Below are positions 8,924 through 16,847 of a DNA stretch of 25,290 bases, one piece after another (the stretch's first letter is position 1; the number at the start of each line of letters is the position of its first letter). The notes under the pieces are model-generated. The model was not told the DNA's origin. It worked only from the letters and a program-made list of their open reading frames with translations, and did no database searches. Source of the stretch: a virus (taxonomy: Duplodnaviria > Heunggongvirae > Uroviricota > Caudoviricetes); IMG/VR virus record IMGVR_UViG_3300042275_000481, positions 102,172 to 127,461 of that record; one strand, 5' to 3'. The position numbers and the translations under genes were made by a program.

Positions 8924-9823
8924 CTAACTATCCTTAGCTTTTCGCATCTTTACTTGAATATCTCTAAACATTGACTTGATGCTTCTTTTTAAATTGTATC
9001 TTAATGGCGAAATTGAACTAGATGCATATAATCCTTTAACTAGGTCAATGTACATTGTAAAACGTCCGTCTTCTCCCATAAAATAGGTAGTCCAATCCTT
9101 AGTTGAAAAGAATCTGTGCATACTTAGTTGACTTATAGCAAGGTTATCGAAGCTTGTTATAAAGAAATGCTTAGAAACTTCTTCTATATTGTCATATAGC
9201 CATTGCATATTTCTCTTAACTTCTTCGCCATAATGAACGACTCCTCGTCCAACTTGCTTATAACCTAATATCAATAAGGTTATATTTTGATCTTTTAGAT
9301 TGTTATAGTCATCTTCTGTAAATAAACCATTGATTACGTGCAAAACTGTATTCTTATATGATTTAACGTATTCAATAAAGTCCCTATCTCCCGATTTCAT
9401 TAGGGAAACGCCCAATGATGTAATATATCCTTCTTGAAGATATTTTACTATACGAGTAGATTCAATCATAAAATGATTTTGGTTAACAGTCATGTTACAG
9501 ATAACACCACGCATTTTCATTTTCGCTAGAAACTCTTCAAGATTTGGATGACTCAGAGGATTTCCTCCACCTATAGCTAATTCTGTACCTGGTTTAAGGG
9601 TATTTAAGAAAGGTGAATTTAAATCTCCATGTTTTCCTCGTGTTGTGCTATTTTCATGGCACATAGGGCAACCCATATCACAATAATTAGTGATTTTAAG
9701 GTCAATACTTTCAGGGAATTTCGGTTTTAGGACTTTCCCTTTTTCTACATATCGGTGTTTTGTGCCGTCTTTAAAGATAACCACCTCATAGTTACCATTT
9801 TTATACTCTTTTAACTTATTCAT
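8924..9823 (-). CDS. Radical SAM protein
   Basis: CxxxCxxC motif NYCDMGCPMCHE, ELAIGGGNPLSHP, NMTVN. Confidence 0.9.
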   Translation of the reverse strand: MNKLKEYKNGNYEVVIFKDGTKHRYVEKGKVLKPKFPESIDLKITNYCDMGCPMCHENSTTRGKHGDLNSPFLNTLKPGTELAIGGGNPLSHPNLEEFLAKMKMRGVICNMTVNQNHFMIESTRIVKYLQEGYITSLGVSLMKSGDRDFIEYVKSYKNTVLHVINGLFTEDDYNNLKDQNITLLILGYKQVGRGVVHYGEEVKRNMQWLYDNIEEVSKHFFITSFDNLAISQLSMHRFFSTKDWTTYFMGEDGRFTMYIDLVKGLYASSSISPLRYNLKRSIKSMFRDIQVKMRKAKDS

Positions 9824-9908
9824 ATTTTCAACTCCTTTTTTTAGTTTTTTATGGAACGAACAATATTTTGTCAGTATTTAGCCGAATTCTGTACCTTAAA
9901 CCATATTA

Positions 9909-9917
9909 ATAATATAT
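9909..9917 (-). promoter_or_regulatory. ATATATTAT early-promoter-like motif ahead of the radical SAM operon
   Basis: Same 9-mer as at 4118, 14297, 14343 and 16404. Confidence 0.42.
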
Positions 9918-9976
9918 GATTATAATTAAAATTAAAGAATTTTATATATAGATTAAATTTTTTCTTTTTAAGAATA

Positions 9977-9988
9977 AACAAAATATTA
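9977..9988 (+). promoter_or_regulatory. AACA-N6-TA motif upstream of the 10036 gene
   Basis: AACAaaatatTA. Confidence 0.7.
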
Positions 9989-10035
9989 TAAGGTATAGTA
10001 TTTGAGACCTTAAATATGTTTTTGGAGGTGACTAT

Positions 10036-10650
10036 GTGGAAAAGAATAAATACTACAAAAACCTAGTTGCCTTATTTGAGAGCACTAAGGAAAAAGAAGT
10101 TTTACAAGAAGCTATTCCAATGCAACAGCCAGTTCAGCAAGAGCCTGCTGTAAGACAGATTCCTAATCAAATTGATGCTCCTGTGCAACAACAACCTATT
10201 CCAGCTGAGGACCCTATGATGGACCCAGGACTAAGTGATGCCGACTATTTGCAAGGTTACGATCCAATGATGATGGAGCCAGAACTTTCCCCAATAGAAG
10301 ATGCAATAGAGGTATCAGAACAGAAGAAATTGATAAAATTACTTGGACTATACAGAGAGTTGATGAATTACACTACTGTTTTTTATGATAGCCTTGAAAA
10401 TGTTGATACTAGTACATTGGAAAAAGAAGATAATGACGAAATAAGAGGATTGAAAAAGAAAATTTTGGCTTTGAAGGATAAATTGAGAGACTATATCATT
10501 GATCGTTATGCAGATGAAAAATATGAGAAATCATTATATGTTTACATTTTACTTAGAACTGAACTACTTACTATCATAACGCTGCTCAGAAAAGTATTAG
10601 GCGTTGACAAAAACACAAAAGAAGATACTAAAAATAACAAAAGTACATAA
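10036..10650 (+). CDS. Hypothetical head-morphogenesis protein (possible scaffold/core), 204 aa
   Basis: GTG start with GGAGGTG RBS, late-promoter motif upstream, LFES/LQEA motifs, Pro/Gln-rich linker, immediately upstream of the capsid gene. The scaffold role is positional inference only. Confidence 0.5.
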   Translation: MEKNKYYKNLVALFESTKEKEVLQEAIPMQQPVQQEPAVRQIPNQIDAPVQQQPIPAEDPMMDPGLSDADYLQGYDPMMMEPELSPIEDAIEVSEQKKLIKLLGLYRELMNYTTVFYDSLENVDTSTLEKEDNDEIRGLKKKILALKDKLRDYIIDRYADEKYEKSLYVYILLRTELLTIITLLRKVLGVDKNTKEDTKNNKST

Positions 10651-10699
10651 AGTTGATGAAATAGATTAAAAGAAAAAAATTTTTTAATTTAATTCTAAG

Positions 10700-10711
10700 A
10701 ACAAAAAATTA
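10700..10711 (+). promoter_or_regulatory. AACA-N6-TA motif upstream of the major capsid gene
   Basis: AACAaaaaatTA. Confidence 0.75.
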
Positions 10712-10738
10712 ATATAATAAAAGGAGGAATCGTACTTT

Positions 10739-12514
10739 ATGAAAGATTTAAATGCAAAGACTTATAACGCAGTCTTAAACGAAACATTCGATTACTTCAA
10801 ATCTCAAGGTATCTCTATTATTGGAGAGGGATTTAAAGAAATCGCAACAAACCCTGCATTACTAGAAAGCTATGTAGAAAGCTTAGTAGAAGGTTCAAGC
10901 TCAAATAATGCAGCTGTAATGGCTCAATTGATGGCTAACGCTAATACTCAAATTTTACAAGAAGGTGCTTTAGCTGGTATCGCACCAATCGCATCATTAA
11001 GCATGCCTGTAATTAGAAAATTATGGCCAAAATTCGCTTTAAAAGATGTATTAAAAACAGAAGTTGCTAAAACTCCACGTTTTGTTATCTCATACATGAG
11101 ACCTTATATGTGGAAAGGTGATTCAGAAAGAATTTATATTCCTTATGGATTAAAGAATGGAGCTGCTCCTTCAAGTGCAATTCAAAAAGAATATATCGTT
11201 GGTACTGCTATCGTTGCTGATGGTACAGTCGTTGCTGGTGACTTCAATGCTGCTAGTGCAACATTCGTACTTGATGGTGATGATGGCCAATTAACAGTAA
11301 GTGGTGCTTCAAGAACTACTAAACAACCTTTAGACTCAGATTTCAGATTAGTAAATGCTTATTTAAGAGCTACTGTAACTGATGAAGCTGTTGCTAAATA
11401 TGTTAAAGTTCCTCTAGTTATCAATGAAAGATTAACTGTAAACAACACAATCGTTTATAGTGCATCATTCCCTGCAACTACTTTTGCAATTGGTGCTAAT
11501 GCTTATACTGTTGCTGCTGACGCTCTTGATCCTCTAGCTGCTGAATTTACTTCATCTGCTGTAAGTGGACAAATTATCGTTCGTGCTGATCTTCAAAATG
11601 GTACAGCTACTGTTGCTGCAGTAGGATTCGGATTAACTCTTGAAGTTAACTTAAGAGCTGGTATCTCTGAAGAATTCAACGAACAAGGTTGGTCAGTATC
11701 TTTCGATATCGCTCGTAAAGACGTTGATATCCCATCTGGTAGACATTTAAATGCTCCACTTCCAATCGAAGCTTTAACAGATATGATGGCGCTATACCAA
11801 ATCGATGGTACAAAAGAAACTGTTGACTTAATGACTAATACATTTGCTATGCAATTAGACTTAGAAGTTCTTGACTTCTTGACTGATTCATTCTTCAACC
11901 AACCAGGTGTTAAAGAGTTCCAAACTGAACAATATAAAGATTCTGATACTTACAGCTTAACATTTGATGTTCGTCCAGCTGCTGGTTTCGCTGGTGCTCC
12001 AAAAGCATGGCGTGAAGAATTGAAACCACAAATTGATCACTTAGCTCAACGTATTAAAAATAACACTTACTTACAAAGTGGTATGTTTACAATCGTTGGT
12101 AACCCACTAGACATCCAATTATTAACTAACGTTGATTGGCAATTCCGTGGTGGACAAGGTGTATCTATGGATGGTGTAGATGTAGATTACTCAGTTGGTA
12201 CTTATGTTGGAGCTAACGCTTATCGTGTTATTGCTTCTGTAAACGTCCCTGAACAAGCAATGTTCCTAGTATTCACTCCAAACAGTAATTCACAAATGAC
12301 ATATAAATATTATCCTTACAGTTTTAATACTGAAATGGGTTATATCGATCCAAACAGATCAAGAGTTCCTAGTATCATGATGACTAAACGTCATACATTC
12401 CAAGAATTCTTACCTGCAATCGGTATGATTAATATCCTTAACAATGATGGTTCAAGTCAATTCTCTCCAGGATATGCTCCTTGGACTAATGACACTGGCG
12501 CTGCTGGAAACTAA
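10739..12514 (+). CDS. Major capsid protein precursor (T4 gp23-like)
   Basis: 591 aa. N-terminal propeptide with L-x-E sites, SLSMPVIRKLWP segment resembling the gp23 N-arm, C-terminal YKYYPY...PSIMMTKRH. Strong promoter, RBS and terminator; codon choice typical of a highly expressed gene. Confidence 0.85.
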   Translation: MKDLNAKTYNAVLNETFDYFKSQGISIIGEGFKEIATNPALLESYVESLVEGSSSNNAAVMAQLMANANTQILQEGALAGIAPIASLSMPVIRKLWPKFALKDVLKTEVAKTPRFVISYMRPYMWKGDSERIYIPYGLKNGAAPSSAIQKEYIVGTAIVADGTVVAGDFNAASATFVLDGDDGQLTVSGASRTTKQPLDSDFRLVNAYLRATVTDEAVAKYVKVPLVINERLTVNNTIVYSASFPATTFAIGANAYTVAADALDPLAAEFTSSAVSGQIIVRADLQNGTATVAAVGFGLTLEVNLRAGISEEFNEQGWSVSFDIARKDVDIPSGRHLNAPLPIEALTDMMALYQIDGTKETVDLMTNTFAMQLDLEVLDFLTDSFFNQPGVKEFQTEQYKDSDTYSLTFDVRPAAGFAGAPKAWREELKPQIDHLAQRIKNNTYLQSGMFTIVGNPLDIQLLTNVDWQFRGGQGVSMDGVDVDYSVGTYVGANAYRVIASVNVPEQAMFLVFTPNSNSQMTYKYYPYSFNTEMGYIDPNRSRVPSIMMTKRHTFQEFLPAIGMINILNNDGSSQFSPGYAPWTNDTGAAGN

Positions 12515-12534
12515 GATTTATAATTAAAATAATT

Positions 12535-12562
12535 AAAAGACTAATCTTATGATTAGTCTTTT
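12535..12562. terminator. Bidirectional terminator between the capsid gene and the convergent endonuclease
   Basis: AAAAGACTAATC-TTAT-GATTAGTCTTTT. Confidence 0.85.
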
Positions 12563-14061
12563 TCTTTCGTCATTTCGTATACTAAATTTCCGCAATCCCA
12601 AATTCTACTCCAGTTATTATTCTTCATATTTTCAATCTCTGTTAATTTAGGATCAAATGTTCCTAATTTCTCATGTAATACATTTTTTCTAAATGAGTAT
12701 CTATGGTGTCTTATTAAATCTCTTTGAAAATACCAATAATTAGGTTCAGATATATGTTTCTTAACAAATCCATTTATATTATATAAATTACTGTCTAATG
12801 ATGACCACCTAATATCCGCAAAAGTTTTTATACCAGTGTATTCATAGTTTCTAGTGAAGTATTTCAATAACTTACTAAATCCGCCAACTATTATATATTC
12901 ACTTTTTCCAGCATATCTAACTAGCTCATGACTCATTTGTTCATTTTTGTTGCTGGTACTTTTTCTTACTTTACTGAAAGTCATAACTGCAACTAATTCG
13001 TCTACATAGAACAACCCAAGTCTTGTAGATGAAATATCTTTGCCTTGAATATGGTATTTTTCTAAAAACTCATCTTTTTCAGTGGTATTTATTTCTTTTA
13101 TTGAGCATTTTCTTGCATATATCCTATCTCCGTTGTTAAACCCCAAGATATGTTTTATTTTATTTTTCACAATATCTTTTTTATATAGCCATTCATCTTC
13201 AAATATATGTATTAATCGTACATCTTTTTTATATGCTTCCATAGTTTTATTGATATGATATTTTTTATCTTTATACTCATCATTATGCCAGTATAAACCA
13301 TCATATTCAATTGCAATACTTTTATCTGGAAGGTATATATCAAGTTCTTTAGTGCTTAGTAACGTTCTATCATTTTTCAATATTTCTCCATCATATACTT
13401 CTTCGATATATTCCGAAATTTCAGTTTCAGGAGCAGATACTCCATTATTTGCACATACAGGACATCTTCTACCGTATAGAAACTTATTAGGTGTAACAGA
13501 ATAGATATTTCCGCATGTTGTATGTTTATGCAGTATTTTTGTATGTGTATTTACATAATCTTCTATAACCTCATATTCACCATTAGTTATCATTTTTACT
13601 TGATCGGAATATTCTATTTTACTTTTAATAATTCCAGCCTTTTTGACATATGTTTTCATTTTTTTACTTTTCTCTTTTTTAGAACATTCTGGGCACTTTC
13701 GTCTATCTGATAAGAACGTATCTGGTCTAACCTCATATTCGTGTTCACAACTTTCAATATTATGCTTCATTAGGATTTTAGTTTTATTATTAACATATTC
13801 TCCTAAAACTACGTATTCATCTCCAACTAAATCTTTGACTTCTTCTTTAAAAGATTCAGTAGTCTTTTTTAATTTACCTGAGCACTTTGGACATGAGTGT
13901 CGTTGAATTATTCTATTTGGAGTGATTTCCCATTCATAACCGCATATAGTATGACAGTGAAGAGTAGGTGTTGTAGAATTAGTATATTCACCTAATAATT
14001 CAAATTCTCCATTTAATTCATTTTTTAACTTCTCAATATATTCTTTTTTATAATCTTTCAT
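12553..14061 (-). CDS. Free-standing Hef-like homing endonuclease: three Zn-ribbon repeats, Vsr-like nuclease, C-terminal extension; 502 aa
   Basis: Three CG/CE...CPxC repeats, LDIYLPDKSIAIEYDGLYWH, IHIFEDEW, RIYARKC...HIQG...ELVRYA...GGFSKLLKYF. RBS GAAAGGAG before the ATG at 14061. Confidence 0.82.
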   Translation of the reverse strand: MKDYKKEYIEKLKNELNGEFELLGEYTNSTTPTLHCHTICGYEWEITPNRIIQRHSCPKCSGKLKKTTESFKEEVKDLVGDEYVVLGEYVNNKTKILMKHNIESCEHEYEVRPDTFLSDRRKCPECSKKEKSKKMKTYVKKAGIIKSKIEYSDQVKMITNGEYEVIEDYVNTHTKILHKHTTCGNIYSVTPNKFLYGRRCPVCANNGVSAPETEISEYIEEVYDGEILKNDRTLLSTKELDIYLPDKSIAIEYDGLYWHNDEYKDKKYHINKTMEAYKKDVRLIHIFEDEWLYKKDIVKNKIKHILGFNNGDRIYARKCSIKEINTTEKDEFLEKYHIQGKDISSTRLGLFYVDELVAVMTFSKVRKSTSNKNEQMSHELVRYAGKSEYIIVGGFSKLLKYFTRNYEYTGIKTFADIRWSSLDSNLYNINGFVKKHISEPNYWYFQRDLIRHHRYSFRKNVLHEKLGTFDPKLTEIENMKNNNWSRIWDCGNLVYEMTKEKD

Positions 14062-14093
14062 AATATCTCCTTTCAATACACAAATGACATTTA

Positions 14094-14105
14094 TATAGTA
14101 TTGTT
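14094..14105 (-). promoter_or_regulatory. AACA-N6-TA motif upstream of the Hef-like endonuclease
   Basis: AACAatactaTA. Confidence 0.6.
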
Positions 14106-14120
14106 ACCTAAAAACTAAAT

Positions 14121-14149
14121 AAAAAAAGAAAGGTTACTTACCCTTTCTT
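14121..14149 (-). terminator. Terminator overlapping the stop of the 40-aa peptide gene
   Basis: AAGAAAGG-8 nt-CCTTTCTT plus U-run. Confidence 0.75.
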
Positions 14150-14256
14150 GAGCCAGATTTTACTGGCTTCGTGACAATTTCGCCAGTAAATAGTCCTTTC
14201 AAAATCATTCCAATACCTGATCCACCCACCAAAGGTCCTTTAATTTTTCTTCCCAT
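14134..14256 (-). CDS. Small 40-aa Gly/Lys-rich peptide MGRKIKGPLVGGSGIGMILKGLFTGEIVTKPVKSGSRKGK (below the ORF-track cutoff)
   Basis: RBS GAGGAGG, ATATATTAT motif upstream, terminator overlapping its TAA. Confidence 0.7.
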   Translation of the reverse strand: MGRKIKGPLVGGSGIGMILKGLFTGEIVTKPVKSGSRKGK

Positions 14257-14296
14257 GCTATCATCCTCCTCATATATTATATCATTAGTCTAATTT

Positions 14297-14305
14297 ATAA
14301 TATAT
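14297..14305 (-). promoter_or_regulatory. ATATATTAT early-promoter-like motif ahead of the 40-aa peptide gene
   Basis: Same 9-mer, about 40 nt upstream of the ATG. Confidence 0.42.
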
Positions 14306-14352
14306 ATTTAAAATGATACCATATTTAAAAATTTATATTTATATAATATATG

Positions 14353-14364
14353 AACAAATAATTA
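14353..14364 (+). promoter_or_regulatory. AACA-N6-TA motif with no downstream ORF (candidate sRNA promoter)
   Basis: AACAaataatTA. Confidence 0.45.
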
Positions 14365-14462
14365 ATCTACATATAGTAGATGGGCTTAAAAGTATGTCAT
14401 TTTTATACCTCCTTTCTATTGATACAGAAAAAGATATAACCACTAAGGTTATATCTTTTTTA
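14364..14462 (+). ncRNA. Candidate small RNA of about 100 nt
   Basis: AACA-N6-TA motif at 14353-14364, 5' hairpin AUCUAC/GUAGAU, internal ACCUCCUUUC, ends at a 14-bp terminator; no plus-strand ORF. Confidence 0.35.
14428..14460. terminator. Bidirectional terminator after the neck protein gene
   Basis: 14-bp stem AAAAAGATATAACC-ACTAA-GGTTATATCTTTTT. Confidence 0.85.
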
Positions 14463-15161
14463 TTATGCTATAAATATACGTTTTGCATGACTGTCTTTCA
14501 AGAAGTTTCTTTCCCAACGTTCTAATAGTTCTCTGCGATCGTCGGCAGCTCTGTCTACCATTTCCATAAATGGTTGCATAGTTCCATATGGAGTATTAAA
14601 ACTCTCGAAACGATGTCTCAATGGATAGATTGAAATTAAAACATCATACAAACATAACCTCAAGAAATCATCTCTCATACTCATAGGAATAGATTTCATA
14701 TGATATGGATGCACCGCTTTAACTTCTAAAGTTGCATGTTGGTAGTTTATAATCTTAGGAAAAATTGTTATTTCATAAGGTGGCAGATATCTGAAAGTAA
14801 CAGGGGTAACTGTCATACTTATATAATCATTAAACACTTGATTCTCAAAAGGGTTATGACTTAGTGGAATCATAGTTGACCCAAATTGCACCATATTACT
14901 AACAAATACTTTATGAATACCAATAAATTCTAACCTGTCTTTTTTTGGTAGTCTATATGTGTTTAGTGTAGTTCCAACATGGTCGTCTGGTGTGATGTTT
15001 ATATTGTATTTGTAAGGATAGAATTTACTATAAGTATTCAAACTCTCTTGAAATACAACTCTCATCATTTCTTCTTCACTAAGTTCTAAATCTTGTAAAA
15101 CTGTACCTAACATTCTATTTAGATATCTTAAGACAGCCGTTGGCGTTAATCCGCTATACAT
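14463..15161 (-). CDS. Probable neck/head-completion protein (T4 gp13-like)
   Basis: N-terminal LRYLNRMLGTVLQDLELSEEEMMRVVFQESLNTYSKFYP resembles the gp13-type RxLG..i.vEL pattern. RBS AGGAG before the ATG at 15161. Confidence 0.55.
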   Translation of the reverse strand: MYSGLTPTAVLRYLNRMLGTVLQDLELSEEEMMRVVFQESLNTYSKFYPYKYNINITPDDHVGTTLNTYRLPKKDRLEFIGIHKVFVSNMVQFGSTMIPLSHNPFENQVFNDYISMTVTPVTFRYLPPYEITIFPKIINYQHATLEVKAVHPYHMKSIPMSMRDDFLRLCLYDVLISIYPLRHRFESFNTPYGTMQPFMEMVDRAADDRRELLERWERNFLKDSHAKRIFIA

Positions 15162-15173
15162 AAATATCAACTC

Positions 15174-16373
15174 CTATTCTCCGATGTCGCCGTCGCCGTC
15201 AACATCCTGTTCTATTATCGTTTCTATTGCTTCGTCACTATATTTTCCCATTAAATAACGATATATACTTCTAAAAGTTGCAACTATTGGTGTGGCGATA
15301 ATCAACCCCACAAAGCCAAATAACGCACCAAAGAATAATAATCCTGAGAAAATGGTTAGTGGATGTATCTCTATTTCCTTACTCATAACCATAGGTTCTA
15401 TGATTATTTTCTGTAAATTTTGTCCTAGAATATCAATTGCGATAAATATAAGACCAAATACTAAAAATTCTGTCGTAGTAGTTGCTGCTATTAGAATGTA
15501 TAACAATGGTAATAAAATACCAATACCTGGCCCAATGTAAGGAATTAAGTCTAGAATAGATATAATCATTCCGAATAATAGACCATATAAAATCGCACTT
15601 CCAATAGTTATCGGTGTGAAAAATAATAGTGCAACTGTAAATGATATTGAAAAAAATACTGTTAAAAAGCCTATTGATATAATTTTTCCTCGCATATACT
15701 TTTCAGTTGAAGTATGCGCAAGTTGAAACATGATATCAAAATCGTCTCTGTGAAATTTCTTAGGTATAGCACGAATTATTGATTTCATGATGGTATCTCC
15801 TTCTCTTAAAAAGAAGAATAAGAATACAGGCATCATGATTATAACAATTAACCAATATATAAGTCCAACAACACTATTAACAGTTGCTGTGAATATATCT
15901 GGCCATACAATAATCTCACCTGTAGAAGTTAAATACTCAAACGCTTTTGAAACGTCTAATTGTCCCAAATCATTTGTTATACCAGCAACCATTTCTGGTG
16001 GCATCATATTGAATAACCAATCAAGGTTTACTTCGACAATAGACCAGCCAGTTCCAATTATTTCATTAACTTGCGTTGATATTAGAACTACAATTAAAGT
16101 AATAAATCCTCCTACTACTATTGCAAATACTAACATCGATAAAAGTGCTGCTATTGTTTTGTTGAGGCCCTTTTTATACATGCCTCGATACATAGGTCTT
16201 ATTAAATAAGATACAAATAATGCAAGCGCAGCAGGAATTGCTACAGATTTAAATGCATCCCAGATTTGTGCTAAATAGTCACCAAAGTTTAACTGTATCA
16301 TATAGATAACAACTAAAACTGCTAGTGTTACTACAGCAGAAAGACCATATTTATTCCATTTTTCTCTTCTCAT
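15174..16373 (-). CDS. AI-2E family (PerM/TqsA-like) membrane transporter, 399 aa
   Basis: Multiple TM segments; ALFVSYLIRP, PVFLFFFLREG, LDLIPYIGP, IIEPMVMSKEIEIHPL, GFVGLIIATP. RBS GAAGGGGG before the ATG at 16373. Confidence 0.9.
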   Translation of the reverse strand: MRREKWNKYGLSAVVTLAVLVVIYMIQLNFGDYLAQIWDAFKSVAIPAALALFVSYLIRPMYRGMYKKGLNKTIAALLSMLVFAIVVGGFITLIVVLISTQVNEIIGTGWSIVEVNLDWLFNMMPPEMVAGITNDLGQLDVSKAFEYLTSTGEIIVWPDIFTATVNSVVGLIYWLIVIIMMPVFLFFFLREGDTIMKSIIRAIPKKFHRDDFDIMFQLAHTSTEKYMRGKIISIGFLTVFFSISFTVALLFFTPITIGSAILYGLLFGMIISILDLIPYIGPGIGILLPLLYILIAATTTTEFLVFGLIFIAIDILGQNLQKIIIEPMVMSKEIEIHPLTIFSGLLFFGALFGFVGLIIATPIVATFRSIYRYLMGKYSDEAIETIIEQDVDGDGDIGE

Positions 16374-16403
16374 AGTCGTTCCCCCTTCTAAGTTTCTCTT
16401 CAT

Positions 16404-16439
16404 ATAATATATTGTTAAACTAAGACGAACAATTTATTA
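16404..16439. promoter_or_regulatory. Back-to-back divergent AACA-N6-TA motifs (minus 16405-16416, plus 16428-16439); the minus copy overlaps ATATATTAT
   Basis: AACAatatatTAtatgaa (minus) and AACAatttatTAtatgaa (plus). Confidence 0.75.
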
Positions 16440-16472
16440 TATGAAAATAAAATATGAGGGAGTGATTTTATC

Positions 16473-16835
16473 ATGTTAGAAAAGAAAATTGATAAACTTT
16501 TAGGGGAAGCAATCCCTGCAGGTATAGTTGCAGCTGGCAAAGCACTGGCTCCTGTTGCAAAGGCATACGCCAAAAAGAAAGTTGTAGGTATGGCAAAAGA
16601 TATGATTAATAAGCAAACTACTGAAGGAACTAACGAAGCAGTTAAACCTGGTAAAAGATTATCTCAAGAAGAAATTGACAATCTCAAAAAGAGACCAGAA
16701 GTTCAAGCCGTAATGAAAGGTCAAAAAAGATATGCTGACGAACAATTAGGAAGAACTAAACCAAAACCAACAACTAGCGGAGTAGTTAGCGACCCAGGTC
16801 AACTTGATAGACTGAAAGATTTTAGAAAGAAATAG
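16473..16835 (+). CDS. Hypothetical basic protein, possible internal virion protein, 120 aa
   Basis: Late-promoter motif and RBS; LLGEA and TNEA putative processing sites; Lys/Ala-rich. Confidence 0.6.
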   Translation: MLEKKIDKLLGEAIPAGIVAAGKALAPVAKAYAKKKVVGMAKDMINKQTTEGTNEAVKPGKRLSQEEIDNLKKRPEVQAVMKGQKRYADEQLGRTKPKPTTSGVVSDPGQLDRLKDFRKK

Positions 16836-16847
16836 GAGGACGATAAT

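Noticed and set aside
10655-10695. Terminator between the 10036 gene and the capsid gene
   Set aside because: Only an A/T-only imperfect inverted repeat; too weak to call.
11593-11898. 101-aa antisense ORF within the capsid gene, plus the other short ORF-track entries overlapping long genes (e.g. 1037, 2073, 4995, 5320, 6191, 6252, 6966, 7046, 13522, 13643, 15292, 15787, 16799, 17394, 18730, 20107, 23452, 23778, 24276)
   Set aside because: Shadow frames of real genes: no RBS, no recognisable motifs, low-complexity composition.
14313-14525. 70-aa plus-strand ORF across the intergenic region
   Set aside because: No RBS, runs through a terminator and into the antisense of the neck gene; AT-rich spurious composition.
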